From an uncultured Rikenellaceae bacterium (GTDB lineage: Bacteria > Bacteroidota > Bacteroidia > Bacteroidales > Rikenellaceae): DNA of 44,034 nt. The notes beneath the pieces were generated by a model. It saw nothing but the letters and a program-made list of their open reading frames with translations, made no database searches and was not told the DNA's origin. Of the stretch, positions 28,056-38,248 are shown piece after piece; within the stretch, counting starts at the first letter, position 1, and each line of letters starts with the position of its first letter. The stretch is taken from positions 1-44,034 of the forward strand of contig CAYJHM010000001.1 of the NCBI GenBank assembly GCA_964369935.1. Reading direction: 5' to 3'. Both the position numbers and the translations under genes were made by a program.

Positions 28056-29597
28056 ATGGAAGTAATGTGGATTGTAGCTGCTTCAGCAGTATCGGCTATT
28101 GCCACTTCTCTATTAGCATATTTTATTCTAAATAAAGCAACTAAGAATCAACGCGCCTCAATACTTAAAGAGGCCGAGGGTGATGGTGAGCTTATTAAAA
28201 AAGAGAAAATATTGCAGGCCAAAGAGAAGTTTATACAGCTTAAGGCAGAGCACGAAAAGATGATAAACGAGAGAAATTCTCGTCTATCTCAAACAGAGAA
28301 CAAAATTAAGCAAAAAGAGTCGCATCTAGCACAAAAAGGCGACGAGATAGCTAAGGCGCAACGCGAGCTAGAGAGTGTTAAAAGCAAGTTAGCTAATCAA
28401 GAGTCTACTCTTGCAAGACGTATAGAGGATTATGGCAAGAAGATAGAGGAGCAGAATGCTCTTTTAGTTCAAATTGGCGGTATGAGTGAGGAGGAGGCAA
28501 AAAATATCCTTATCGAGCAGATGAAATCAGAGGCTACAACCCAAGCAATGGGGTATGTTAATGAGATTATCGAAGATGCTAAAATGACAGCTAACAAGGA
28601 GGCTAAACGTATTGTGGTTCAAACAATTCAGAGGGTAGCAACCGAGACAGCCATCGAAAATTCGGTAACAGTATTCAATATCGATAGCGACGAGGTTAAA
28701 GGGCGAATCATTGGTCGTGAGGGGCGTAATATTCGTGCTTTAGAGGCTGCTACAGGTGTTGAAATTATTGTTGATGATACACCAGAGGCAATTATCTTAT
28801 CAGCTTTCGATCCAGTACGTCGTGAGATTGCTCGTTTAGCACTTCATCAATTAGTTACTGATGGTCGTATTCACCCTGCACGTATCGAGGAGGTTGTATC
28901 TAAGGTACAGAAGCAGATTGAAGAGGAGATTATTGAGATAGGTAAGCGCACAACTATCGATTTAGGAGTACACGGGTTGCACCCAGAGCTGATTCGTTTA
29001 GTAGGTAAAATGAAGTATCGTTCATCTTATGGGCAGAATCTACTTCAGCACTCGCGTGAGGTGGCTAACCTTTGCGGTATAATGGCATCCGAGCTAGGTT
29101 TAAATGCTAAGTTAGCTCGTAGGGCGGGTTTACTACACGATATAGGTAAAGTGTCTGACGATGAGCCAGAATTACCACACGCTATATTAGGTATGAAGCT
29201 AGCTGAGAAGTTCAAAGAGAAGGCTGATGTGGTTAATGCTATCGGAGCTCACCACGACGAGATAGAGATGACGTCACTTCTATCGCCACTTGTTCAGGTG
29301 TGTGATGCTATATCAGGAGCACGTCCTGGGGCACGACGTGAGGTTGTAGAGTCGTATATTAAACGTCTTAAAGAGATGGAAGATATTGCTCAGTCGTATC
29401 CAGGGGTTCAGAAAACCTATGCTATTCAGGCTGGTAGAGAGCTACGTGTTATTGTTGGTAGCGAGAAGATTACCGATGCCGAGGCAGAGGCATTATCATT
29501 TGATGTAGCTCGCCGAATTCAAGAGGAGATGACCTATCCAGGACAGGTAAAAATCACCGTTATCCGTGAAACAAGGTCTATCAGTTACGCTAAGTAG
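28056..29597 (+). CDS. rny: Ribonuclease Y
   Basis: 513 aa with an N-terminal TM anchor, a coiled coil, a KH domain ([26 protein letters not shown]) and an HD domain (LLHDIGK...GAHHDE). Confidence 0.97.
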   Translation: MEVMWIVAASAVSAIATSLLAYFILNKATKNQRASILKEAEGDGELIKKEKILQAKEKFIQLKAEHEKMINERNSRLSQTENKIKQKESHLAQKGDEIAKAQRELESVKSKLANQESTLARRIEDYGKKIEEQNALLVQIGGMSEEEAKNILIEQMKSEATTQAMGYVNEIIEDAKMTANKEAKRIVVQTIQRVATETAIENSVTVFNIDSDEVKGRIIGREGRNIRALEAATGVEIIVDDTPEAIILSAFDPVRREIARLALHQLVTDGRIHPARIEEVVSKVQKQIEEEIIEIGKRTTIDLGVHGLHPELIRLVGKMKYRSSYGQNLLQHSREVANLCGIMASELGLNAKLARRAGLLHDIGKVSDDEPELPHAILGMKLAEKFKEKADVVNAIGAHHDEIEMTSLLSPLVQVCDAISGARPGARREVVESYIKRLKEMEDIAQSYPGVQKTYAIQAGRELRVIVGSEKITDAEAEALSFDVARRIQEEMTYPGQVKITVIRETRSISYAK

Positions 29598-29657
29598 CAA
29601 TACACAATATAAAAATAGAGCAACCTGATGGTTGCTCTATTTTTATATTGTGTATTG
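29598..29657. terminator. Perfect 28-bp-stem palindrome filling the rny/SIMPL convergent spacer, probably a bidirectional terminator
   Basis: Positions 29598-29625 pair by Watson-Crick with 29630-29657 at all 28 positions, around loop TGAT. The GC core AGAGCAACC/GGTTGCTCT is flanked by A5/T5 tracts. Confidence 0.7.
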
Positions 29658-29659
29658 GC

Positions 29660-30334
29660 CTACTTTATTATTTCAAAGGTAGCTACTAGATTAGCTGATA
29701 TTGACTGCTTAACGAATGTGTCTATCTGTGATTGGTTCTTGCTATCGGCAGAAGCACCCGTTACCATAAACTCTTTGCCGTAGCGAAGATGATTATTTGA
29801 AATATGTACGCTCACCTTTTTAAGATCGCCAGCCTTGTATCTTAATGCTGAAAGTGTAGCGTTAGCCTCGCTCTTTGCCTCTATTAGAGCTCTTTTACGC
29901 ATTAATTGAGCTATCTCGTTATGATTACTTACCTCGGTACTACTAAGTGATACAACAAGCTCTTTCTCTCTTAATATATCTACTATTCTATTAACCTCTT
30001 TTGCTTTGCGGATAGTTAGTGTGTATCGCTTACACATCATATCTTTACCTCTTTGATAGTAACTTCCATAGATGTTCGATATTACTAGGTCTTTTTTTAT
30101 GTCGATACCTGCACGTTTAAGTGTAGGAATTAATATATCATTCTCCGCCTTTGTTATGCCCTGTTTTCCAACCCCTTTATTATCAACTATCATAATCGAT
30201 AATTTGAAAATGTCTGGTGTAACTAGAGTATCTCTAGTTATTGATACCTCGAACGAAGAGTTATTATCTCCTCCGTTTTGCGCAAATGAAACTAATGGAA
30301 TCATAGCGATAAATGCTAAAATTAATCTCCTCAT
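29660..30334 (-). CDS. Secreted SIMPL/DUF541-like protein
   Basis: 224 aa with a signal peptide (LILAFIAMIPLVSFAQ). The spacing of conserved hydrophobic and charged blocks resembles SIMPL-domain periplasmic proteins. This assignment is from memory only. Confidence 0.5.
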   Translation of the reverse strand: MRRLILAFIAMIPLVSFAQNGGDNNSSFEVSITRDTLVTPDIFKLSIMIVDNKGVGKQGITKAENDILIPTLKRAGIDIKKDLVISNIYGSYYQRGKDMMCKRYTLTIRKAKEVNRIVDILREKELVVSLSSTEVSNHNEIAQLMRKRALIEAKSEANATLSALRYKAGDLKKVSVHISNNHLRYGKEFMVTGASADSKNQSQIDTFVKQSISANLVATFEIIK

Positions 30335-30346
30335 ACTTATACTTTT

Positions 30347-32878
30347 TTAATTATTTAATGTTACAACTGTAATCCCTGCACCACCTAGTTCAACGTGTGC
30401 ATCATTTGCTGATATCACGGTTGGTTGAGTGCGCAAATATTTACGAATCTCCTCTTTAAGTGTGCCAGTACCTTTGCCATGCAGTATTCGTAATTCGTTA
30501 ATACCTAACATGTAAGCATTGTCTACTAGCTCACGTACTCTATCTAATGCCTCATCTACACGTGCACCTCGTAAATCTATGTCACTCTTAAAATTTAGTC
30601 TTTTTTCGTTCACATCAAAGTTATGTTGCTTTATGCTATCAACCATAGGACTAGTGTATAGTGCCCCCGAAGCGAAACTGCTCTGCTGCCTCTTTTGTAA
30701 TCGGTGTTCTTTGTCAGATACCACCTCTAAACGAGATAGTTCGACCGTAGTAGTTATATTTCCAAATGCTACACTCGCCTTTTTACGATTTATCTCTAAA
30801 ATTTTACCTATCACCGCTTGTCCAGCCATTTTTACACTATCTCCAATCGCAGGCTCTTTATGCGATATTTTTGAAACGATTGACTCGCCCTTCTTTATTG
30901 TGTTCGATGACTCTTTTTGTGCTCGACGTTGCTCTTTTCTCGCTTTTCGCTCTTTTATTTGAGCTATCTTACGCTCTATGTCGGGGTCTATGTCGTACTG
31001 CTCTATCTCTTGCTTTACACCCTCGAAAGTTGCACGAATATCACGGGTACGACTCTTCTCTGCTTCTGCCTCTTTAATTTCACGTATAGTACGTTCGATT
31101 TCGCTGTTAGCCTTACTTATTAGTGCCTTTGCTTCTGCTCGTGCCTTATTTATAATATCCGATTTTTGCTCTTTTATCTCGCTAAGCATCTGCTCGTACT
31201 CGCTTTCAATATCTTGATATCTACGCTCGCTCTTGCGAATACTATCTCTTTTTGTCTCCCAATAACTCTTATCGCGTGCTATCTGACGTAGCTGACGTTC
31301 GATATTAACTCTACTATCACCCATCATACCCTCTGCCTCTTTTATTAAATCCTCTGGTAGACCTATCTTACGTGCCATCTCGAAAGCGAACGAGCTACCT
31401 GGTTTTCCCATCTCTAGTCGGAAAAGCGGCTCGATTTTCGCCACATCAAATGCCATAGCTCCATTTATAACACCCTCGGAGTTAGCAGCATAGAACTTGA
31501 TATTTGAGTAGTGTGTAGTTATTATACCATACGAACCACGAGACTCGATACGTTTAAGAACAACCTCAGCTATTGCCCCACCTAATGCTGGTTCAGTACC
31601 TGTGCCAAACTCATCAATTAATACTAGCGATTTATCGTTGCAGTTACGCAGTGTATGTTTCATGTTTGCAAGATGCGAACTGTATGTACTTAGGTCATTA
31701 TCAATCGATTGTTCATCTCCTATATCGATAAATATTGAATTAAAAGTTGTCATCTCCGAATTTTCATTCATCGGAACCAGTAATCCCATCTGTAACATAT
31801 ATTGAAGCAGTCCCATAGTTTTAAGACACACTGATTTACCCCCTGCATTTGGGCCCGAAATAACTAAAATTCGTTGCTCTTCGTTGAGTTTAAGGTTAAG
31901 CGGTACAATCTCTTTCTTATCCGCTTTTAGGTGCTTTTCAAGTAGAGGGTGACGTGCATCTCGTACAGTGATATTTCTATCCTCAGAGAGTATTGGCATG
32001 CCAGCACACATATCTACGGCTACACGAGCTTTTGCTCTTATGAGATCGATAGCAGCAAGGAAATGAGCCGAACTCTTTAATTGCTCGCTATATGGGCGTA
32101 TCTCTTCGGTAAATGCCATTAAGATACGCACAATCTCGTGTTTTTCGCTATATTTAAGCTCCCTGATATGGTTATTTAGCTCCATTACTTCGGTAGGTTC
32201 GATATACGATGTTTTTCCAGTTGCCGATTCGTCTTGAATATACCCTTTAAGTTTTCGCTTATGCGAAGAGAGTACAGGTATTACACCCCGCCCATCACGA
32301 ATAGATATTTGTGTATCCTCCTCAACAATACCATCGCTAATAGCTTTGCGCAGGATAGATTGAAGTCTTTTCGATACTTCACGCTCGCTCTGATTAATTT
32401 GAATGCGTATTTGGGCAAGTTCACTTGATGCACTATCTTTTACTTCATTACGTGAGGATATGATACGGTTAATGCTAGTTATAATTTGAGGGAAATTTTC
32501 GCTCTTTTGTACAACTCTAGCTAGTGTCGGGTATTTAGTTGCGTTATTATTGAAGAAACGAACTATGCCGTCAAGGGCAGTGAGCGAGCTACGTAGTGCC
32601 CCTAACTCTTCTGGTAGGAGATATGCCCCTTCAATCGAGGCTTTCCCTATAAAGTGCAGTGTATCAACAAAACCATCGTGAACAAAATTACTCTCTAGCA
32701 TCACAATGCTCTTCATCTCATTGGTCTGAGCCAACATTGCTCTCATTTGCCTAATATCGGTCATAAATTTTATACCTGATAGCTTCTCTTTCGCTAGCGA
32801 GGTTACACAATAGGCTGCTACCTGAGTGCGGATACGGTCGAAACCTATCTTAATTTCAAAATTTGATGGATATATCAT
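30347..32878 (-). CDS. mutS2: Endonuclease MutS2
   Basis: 843 aa with a MutS ATPase Walker A (ISGPNAGGKSV), DEFGTGTEP, a long charged coiled coil and a C-terminal Smr domain (DLRGARVDEALDRV...LRILHGKGTGTLKEEIRKYL). Confidence 0.95.
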   Translation of the reverse strand: MIYPSNFEIKIGFDRIRTQVAAYCVTSLAKEKLSGIKFMTDIRQMRAMLAQTNEMKSIVMLESNFVHDGFVDTLHFIGKASIEGAYLLPEELGALRSSLTALDGIVRFFNNNATKYPTLARVVQKSENFPQIITSINRIISSRNEVKDSASSELAQIRIQINQSEREVSKRLQSILRKAISDGIVEEDTQISIRDGRGVIPVLSSHKRKLKGYIQDESATGKTSYIEPTEVMELNNHIRELKYSEKHEIVRILMAFTEEIRPYSEQLKSSAHFLAAIDLIRAKARVAVDMCAGMPILSEDRNITVRDARHPLLEKHLKADKKEIVPLNLKLNEEQRILVISGPNAGGKSVCLKTMGLLQYMLQMGLLVPMNENSEMTTFNSIFIDIGDEQSIDNDLSTYSSHLANMKHTLRNCNDKSLVLIDEFGTGTEPALGGAIAEVVLKRIESRGSYGIITTHYSNIKFYAANSEGVINGAMAFDVAKIEPLFRLEMGKPGSSFAFEMARKIGLPEDLIKEAEGMMGDSRVNIERQLRQIARDKSYWETKRDSIRKSERRYQDIESEYEQMLSEIKEQKSDIINKARAEAKALISKANSEIERTIREIKEAEAEKSRTRDIRATFEGVKQEIEQYDIDPDIERKIAQIKERKARKEQRRAQKESSNTIKKGESIVSKISHKEPAIGDSVKMAGQAVIGKILEINRKKASVAFGNITTTVELSRLEVVSDKEHRLQKRQQSSFASGALYTSPMVDSIKQHNFDVNEKRLNFKSDIDLRGARVDEALDRVRELVDNAYMLGINELRILHGKGTGTLKEEIRKYLRTQPTVISANDAHVELGGAGITVVTLNN

Positions 32879-32894
32879 AATATAAATAAAATTA

Positions 32895-34400
32895 TTATTT
32901 TGATTGAGATTTGGTCATTTCAAGATAGTTTAAGTATCTCTCAATTACCAACTCTACATAGTGTTCTACACCTCTCGAGTCGAGGCTGCCACTCTTAACA
33001 TAGCTACGTTGGCTGTAATATTCGTACTCTCTCTTTTTACGTAAGTATTTTTTTATTACCTCCCAATCTTTATCGTTCTCTTTATACCTGCGAGCTAGAC
33101 GCATAGCATCGGATACGTGACCGTACCCAGCGTTGTAGGTAGCAAGTTGAATAGATAGATTATTTATCGAGTTAGGGTCGCCAGTGAGCCTTAACATTCG
33201 AAGATTATCGTTAAGTACCAATACAGCACAGCTAACATTAGTGTTAGGATTTTTTAAATCCTCGCTATCAAGCCCTAAATGTCGAGTATTTATAGGCATA
33301 ATCTGCATCATACCAACAGCCCCTTTATTTGATACAAGAACAGGGTTAAACCTCGATTCTACCGAGGCGATAGCGGCAAGAAATTGCCACTTATATTTGC
33401 ACTTCTTAGCCTCTACTTTAAATATGTCGTCGTAATGCGAAACGCCACGTATCGGGTTAAGATAGCCATCAGCCATATAGTCGTATTTGTAGGCATTCCT
33501 ATCATATTTATTCTCAATGGTTTTGTAGGTGTCAGTTGTGCGGAATTCGGCTAACCACTCCTCGAAGTCGTTGTATATAGGAGCGTTACGCCAATGGAAT
33601 ACCGCCTCAGAGTGCACACTATGATTAATACTGTGAGTTCGTACTATATCACCGTAGTTGTAGATGTAGAAAAAAGCCTCATCTTCTCTACAAATAATAA
33701 AATCATACGCAAGGCCTATAATTAGGTCTATATACTCTTCGGTTGATAGGAATCGTGTTTGAGTACTATCTCTTAGGTATTTAATAGTGTGCTCACCAAT
33801 TACAGGTATCCTTGAACTTCCCCTACGAAAAATTACAGATGCTGATTCGAGCACATCATTAAGGGGCAGTCGATTAAGTTTTGTATTTAATTTGTTACCT
33901 AGCACAATATATTTACAGCTATCTTTAAGCGACGAGCTAAGATAACACTCCATATTATCGATAGCGATAGTGTCGCTAATAATTAAGCCAAAAGCTATAT
34001 CAGAGGTGCGTAGGCTAGCCTCGATTGTGCTACGCGAGTTGTGATTCTCATATTTAAGTATCTTCCCACGGGCTAGCGCATACTCTTTGAGAATATTGTC
34101 GAAATAGCCGTGATAATGATGCCTAAACAGAAATAACCCTGGTACATCTTTCTCTACTGCTACAACTAAGGTGTCGCTGTTAAAGTTGTATAGTGTTGGT
34201 GCACCTATAGTTGACTCTCCTACTAGTGTTAGCTCGCTTAGTATTTTTTCTGTGCCTATACTATCAGTACGCATATAAGAGATAATATTGTAAATATTCT
34301 TATAACGCATTTCAGGAAAGTTAGCAACTATAACAATAGATGCTACCATTATCGGCACGATTATTAATATTAATATATGTTTTGCCCTTCTTGTTTGCAT
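32895..34400 (-). CDS. Membrane-anchored lytic transglycosylase (C-terminal SLT/GH23 domain, MltF-like architecture)
   Basis: 501 aa with an N-terminal TM anchor and a ~300-aa N-terminal domain of unclear family. The C-terminal SLT motifs are AAIASVESRFNP, GAVGMMQIMP and YNAGYGHV. Confidence 0.78.
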   Translation of the reverse strand: MQTRRAKHILILIIVPIMVASIVIVANFPEMRYKNIYNIISYMRTDSIGTEKILSELTLVGESTIGAPTLYNFNSDTLVVAVEKDVPGLFLFRHHYHGYFDNILKEYALARGKILKYENHNSRSTIEASLRTSDIAFGLIISDTIAIDNMECYLSSSLKDSCKYIVLGNKLNTKLNRLPLNDVLESASVIFRRGSSRIPVIGEHTIKYLRDSTQTRFLSTEEYIDLIIGLAYDFIICREDEAFFYIYNYGDIVRTHSINHSVHSEAVFHWRNAPIYNDFEEWLAEFRTTDTYKTIENKYDRNAYKYDYMADGYLNPIRGVSHYDDIFKVEAKKCKYKWQFLAAIASVESRFNPVLVSNKGAVGMMQIMPINTRHLGLDSEDLKNPNTNVSCAVLVLNDNLRMLRLTGDPNSINNLSIQLATYNAGYGHVSDAMRLARRYKENDKDWEVIKKYLRKKREYEYYSQRSYVKSGSLDSRGVEHYVELVIERYLNYLEMTKSQSK

Positions 34401-34413
34401 ACATTAGATAAAA

Positions 34414-36537
34414 TTAATCGTAGAAACTCCACGAAATACCATACCTAAGCATAAAACGATTGTGCGGATAGTATGCCATATCGAAATAGTTACGTCCGCC
34501 AAATAGTTCGTAGTTGGCATTTTGTGCTTTAACTAAGAATCGTAATCTTTTCCATTTACCTGTTACAAATACATCAACGGTAGGGTAGCCACCAGTCTTA
34601 ACACTGCGCTGGTTATAAAACTGCCCAACAGCTGGATTATAACCATAGCCATAATATTCGGTGTTATAGCGTCCGTTGGCACCAACCTCCATTGTTAGAA
34701 CATCTTTTACAACAGTAAATTCATATAAATACTCTAAATTGATAGCTAACGCAGGGACAGGTGCAACAATTTCGTCGGAACTAGTTTGTAGTAGCACCTT
34801 ATGACGCAAATGGAATCCGTTAGATACAAAATTTTTCTGTAAGTATAATTCGGTAACACTCAAAGCACCAGAATATTGAGTAGGTAGAGCGTTATGGTTA
34901 TAATAGATTGTATTTGTAGCTAGAGTTTGGGTTGCCCCCAGTTCGAAATTGATAGATGGAATACTTAAAGACACATCTATATCGGTTGTTACTTCGTTTT
35001 TGAAATCGTTACTCCAACGGAAGTGGTTCGAGTAGAACTCTTGTTCCCAAAATGTTGGGGATTGAGTTTTAAAATTAACATCTCCTTTCAGGGTGACAGA
35101 ACGTCCTTTTTTTGTGTAAGCGATAAGTGATAAATCGCCACCCACCTCTAAATCCTGTGTTCGATAACCGATAGGGTAGTATTTGATATGACCGTTCCAA
35201 GTAACATATCGTCTCCAGCGTCCATTAGCATCACCATAAACATACATACTCTTTTTTTGTTGTTTTTCGGCAACGGTTAGGTAGTTGTCGGGAAGGAAGT
35301 AGTAATATCCGCTATTTTCGTAACCTATCCCCCCTCCCATAAGTGAAAGTAACCCATCACTATTAAAGGGTTGAAACTGCGCAAACAGTTTCATATCAAA
35401 ATTTGTTTCACGTATCGAGTCTCGGGTAGTTGTTGGATTAATATACCAATTGTCGTAGTATCCCTCTTCGGTAGCACTATTGGTGTCGGTATAAATTTTG
35501 TGATACGAATCGTAACTAACAGTTGTTCCGATAAATAGCATAGCTCCTGTTGCCACCTCACTGCTGCTTATTCGGCGTCGGCGAGCTAATTTCAAGCTGT
35601 CGAGGCTAGATAGTGGTTCGGGAAATAGGTTAAGTAACGAATCATACTCGCTAGATACGTGCGATAGTGGTATAGCTAACGATTGAGTATGAAAAAATCC
35701 ATTACCTTTAAATCGTGTTTTAGCATCACGTAGATTAATTCCGATATTTGTTGTGAGATTAATTACAGTGTCACGAATTTCAGATAGATCACTCACACCA
35801 CCATTTTCACGCATATCGCCACTATTAAACACATAGCCAAAATGAGTTGTATAACGTTTGCCTGTGTGGGCAAATACAGCCGAGAAGTTTTTATTTATAC
35901 TCTGCTGATTTTCGTACATTCCACGTGTACGATTATTTCGATATGTTATGTTAAAACTACTTGATGGTGAGATATTCTGCGAATGAGTTAAGTTGAAAAT
36001 CTCTTCAGCTTGTGCCCTCTGCCCCGATGTGAAGTATGAGAATTGTGAGTATGCAACCTTACTATTGTAGAATATTACATTACTAGGATTATATAGGTAC
36101 TCCTTGTATGGGTTAAGAAATGCTAAAGAGTAGCCACTCTCTCTTTGGCTATACTCCACCGAAGTTGTAGGCGCTCCAAGATTACCAAGGTAGAATGAAC
36201 CCATACCTCTCTTTTTGCCTAAAAAGAAATATTCGTTATTGAAATTGGTGAGAAAGGTATCTACATCTACCTGCACAACCCTATTGGTGTATGGGTTGTA
36301 ATTCCAGGCAAAAGCCCTATCTTTTTTTAGTGAATCGGCAAAAAGGTATGACTCTAGCGGTTTACGCTCCTTGAATGGTTTCTTTCCACCAAGAGTATCT
36401 GTCTTGCCCTCTTCGTTTTGTTGATTATACAGGTGCTCTAATTCTCCATTTGTTCCATAGCCCGTCTGAGCTATTACTTGTGTATAGCTTAAAAGTAGTA
36501 GGGCTACAATAAATATATATTTAATAATTTCTCTCAT
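34414..36537 (-). CDS. Outer-membrane beta-barrel protein (putative-porin family)
   Basis: 707 aa with a signal peptide (...LLLSYTQVIAQ). It is rich in Y/G/N/S with alternating-hydrophobicity strands throughout and ends in an aromatic-rich beta-signal (RYGISWSFYD). Confidence 0.5.
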   Translation of the reverse strand: MREIIKYIFIVALLLLSYTQVIAQTGYGTNGELEHLYNQQNEEGKTDTLGGKKPFKERKPLESYLFADSLKKDRAFAWNYNPYTNRVVQVDVDTFLTNFNNEYFFLGKKRGMGSFYLGNLGAPTTSVEYSQRESGYSLAFLNPYKEYLYNPSNVIFYNSKVAYSQFSYFTSGQRAQAEEIFNLTHSQNISPSSSFNITYRNNRTRGMYENQQSINKNFSAVFAHTGKRYTTHFGYVFNSGDMRENGGVSDLSEIRDTVINLTTNIGINLRDAKTRFKGNGFFHTQSLAIPLSHVSSEYDSLLNLFPEPLSSLDSLKLARRRRISSSEVATGAMLFIGTTVSYDSYHKIYTDTNSATEEGYYDNWYINPTTTRDSIRETNFDMKLFAQFQPFNSDGLLSLMGGGIGYENSGYYYFLPDNYLTVAEKQQKKSMYVYGDANGRWRRYVTWNGHIKYYPIGYRTQDLEVGGDLSLIAYTKKGRSVTLKGDVNFKTQSPTFWEQEFYSNHFRWSNDFKNEVTTDIDVSLSIPSINFELGATQTLATNTIYYNHNALPTQYSGALSVTELYLQKNFVSNGFHLRHKVLLQTSSDEIVAPVPALAINLEYLYEFTVVKDVLTMEVGANGRYNTEYYGYGYNPAVGQFYNQRSVKTGGYPTVDVFVTGKWKRLRFLVKAQNANYELFGGRNYFDMAYYPHNRFMLRYGISWSFYD

Positions 36538-36540
36538 CGC

Positions 36541-37872
36541 CTAGTTATTACTATTTACTCCTATCCCACGATATATGAAACCCAGTGATTGAAGTTCTTG
36601 TTTATTGTATATGTTTCGACCATCAATAACTGCCGCACCACGCATAGTAGAACGTATATGCTCCCAATCAGGAATACGAAACTCCTTCCATTCGGTAACA
36701 ATAATAAGAGCATCAGCATTTTCTATCGCATCATATTTCGAGTCGAAGTAATTTACGCTATCTCCAATAATCTTGCTACACTCGCTCATTGCCACAGGGT
36801 CGTACACATTTACTTTGCAACCACACTCTAAAAGTTGCCCAATAAGGGTAAGCGAAGGTGCGTCACGCATATCATCGGTCTCGGGCTTAAACGATAAACC
36901 CCACACGGTTACAGTTAAATTGGTAAGCGACTCTTTGTTCTCAAATATTTCGATTAATTTATTGAATAGAACCCCTTTTTGACGCTCGTTCACTCTGTCC
37001 ACCGCCTCGATAATCTCCAAAGGGTAGCCCATTTTGCGCCCTGTTAAAGCTAAGGCCTTAACATCTTTTGGGAAACACGAGCCTCCATAGCCGCACCCAG
37101 CGTATAAGAATCGTCCTCCTATGCGAGGATCTGACCCTATACCACGACGAACCATATCAATATTTGCCCCAACTATATCGCACAAGTTTGCTATATCGTT
37201 CATAAAGCTAATACGAGTAGCTAGCATAGCATTAGCAGCATATTTAGTCATCTCGGCCGATGGAATATCCATAAAATGAATGGTTCGATTATTTACCATA
37301 AAGGGCTTGTATAACCTTTGAAATATCGCTTGCGATTGGATAGATTCAACCCCAACTATAACCCTCTCAGGCAGTAAAAAATCTTTTATTGCCGCCCCCT
37401 CTTTTAAAAATTCGGGGTTAGATGCCATTGCAAACGGAATCTGAACACCCCTTACTAATAGCTGATTTGCTATCTCCTTACGAACCAACTCGGAAGTGCC
37501 AACAGGTACAGTGCTCTTTACTATAATAAGGCTTTCACGCTCAATATTCTCGCCTATCGAACGAGCAACAGCTAGTACGTGATTTAGGTCGGCACTGCCA
37601 TCCTCATCGGGTGGTGTGCCAACAGCAATAAATAGTATGTCTGATAGAGCCATAGCATCTGCTAGCTGAGTGGTGAAAATAAGACGACCAACCTGCATAT
37701 TGCGTTTTACCATCTCTTCTAATCCTGGCTCGTATATTGGAATGATACCCTTATTTAGGGCATCAACCTTTTCTCTATCAATATCAACGCAGGTAACACG
37801 AACCCCTGCATCTGCAAAACAGGCTCCTGTCACCAACCCCACATATCCCGATCCTATAACTGTTATATGCAT
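36541..37872 (-). CDS. ugd: UDP-glucose 6-dehydrogenase
   Basis: 443 aa with an N-terminal NAD-binding motif (VIGSGYVGLVTGACFA), the catalytic Cys region (GYGGSCFPKDV) and the UDPG_MGDP_dh C-terminal domain. Confidence 0.96.
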   Translation of the reverse strand: MHITVIGSGYVGLVTGACFADAGVRVTCVDIDREKVDALNKGIIPIYEPGLEEMVKRNMQVGRLIFTTQLADAMALSDILFIAVGTPPDEDGSADLNHVLAVARSIGENIERESLIIVKSTVPVGTSELVRKEIANQLLVRGVQIPFAMASNPEFLKEGAAIKDFLLPERVIVGVESIQSQAIFQRLYKPFMVNNRTIHFMDIPSAEMTKYAANAMLATRISFMNDIANLCDIVGANIDMVRRGIGSDPRIGGRFLYAGCGYGGSCFPKDVKALALTGRKMGYPLEIIEAVDRVNERQKGVLFNKLIEIFENKESLTNLTVTVWGLSFKPETDDMRDAPSLTLIGQLLECGCKVNVYDPVAMSECSKIIGDSVNYFDSKYDAIENADALIIVTEWKEFRIPDWEHIRSTMRGAAVIDGRNIYNKQELQSLGFIYRGIGVNSNN

Positions 37873-37928
37873 ATCTTTGGCTATTAACTTACAAATGAAT
37901 AACAGAGTATTTATCTCTTATCCGACTA

Positions 37929-37936
37929 CAAAGATA
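37929..37936 (-). promoter_or_regulatory. Candidate -7 box (TATCTTTG on the minus strand) for the ugd-porin-SLT-mutS2-SIMPL gene string
   Basis: Plus-strand CAAAGATA lies about 57 nt upstream of the ugd ATG. The five downstream genes are separated by at most 16 nt. Confidence 0.45.
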
Positions 37937-38026
37937 ATATTTTTTAGCAGAATGATAATATATTATTACGAATAATTGGTTGCTTTTTTTATGTCAAGTA
38001 CTTATTTTGTTTGATGATAACAAATA

Positions 38027-38070
38027 AAAAGCCTCTACAAATGTTCTATAATACATTTGCAGAGGCTTTT
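38027..38070. terminator. Hairpin terminator downstream of the GLUG lipoprotein gene
   Basis: AAAAGCCTCTACAAATG (38027-43) pairs with CATTTGCAGAGGCTTTT (38054-70) at 16 of 17 positions around a 10-nt loop. A/T runs flank both sides, and on the minus strand it is followed by TTTTTATTTG. Confidence 0.7.
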
Positions 38071-38248
38071 ATATGATTAATTAGTCGTCCTTTAAAAACT
38101 CTAACCGCCTTTTTAAGTGGCGACTAATTGTCTGGTTATTGCCAGTCAGTATTTGGTATCCCTTCTATTGTAGCACTACCAAATAGTATAGCGCCTTCTA
38201 TCTCTAATTCAGTTACCTCGATTTGAGGTGTATTTTTGCATAATTTTA

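Noticed and set aside
30519-31217. A cluster of four overlapping plus-strand ORFs (68-147 aa) antisense to mutS2.
   Set aside because: They sit opposite the Lys/Glu/Arg-rich coiled-coil region of MutS2, where stop codons are rare on the antisense strand. They overlap one another in different frames and have Ser/Leu/Cys/Phe-rich, non-protein-like compositions.
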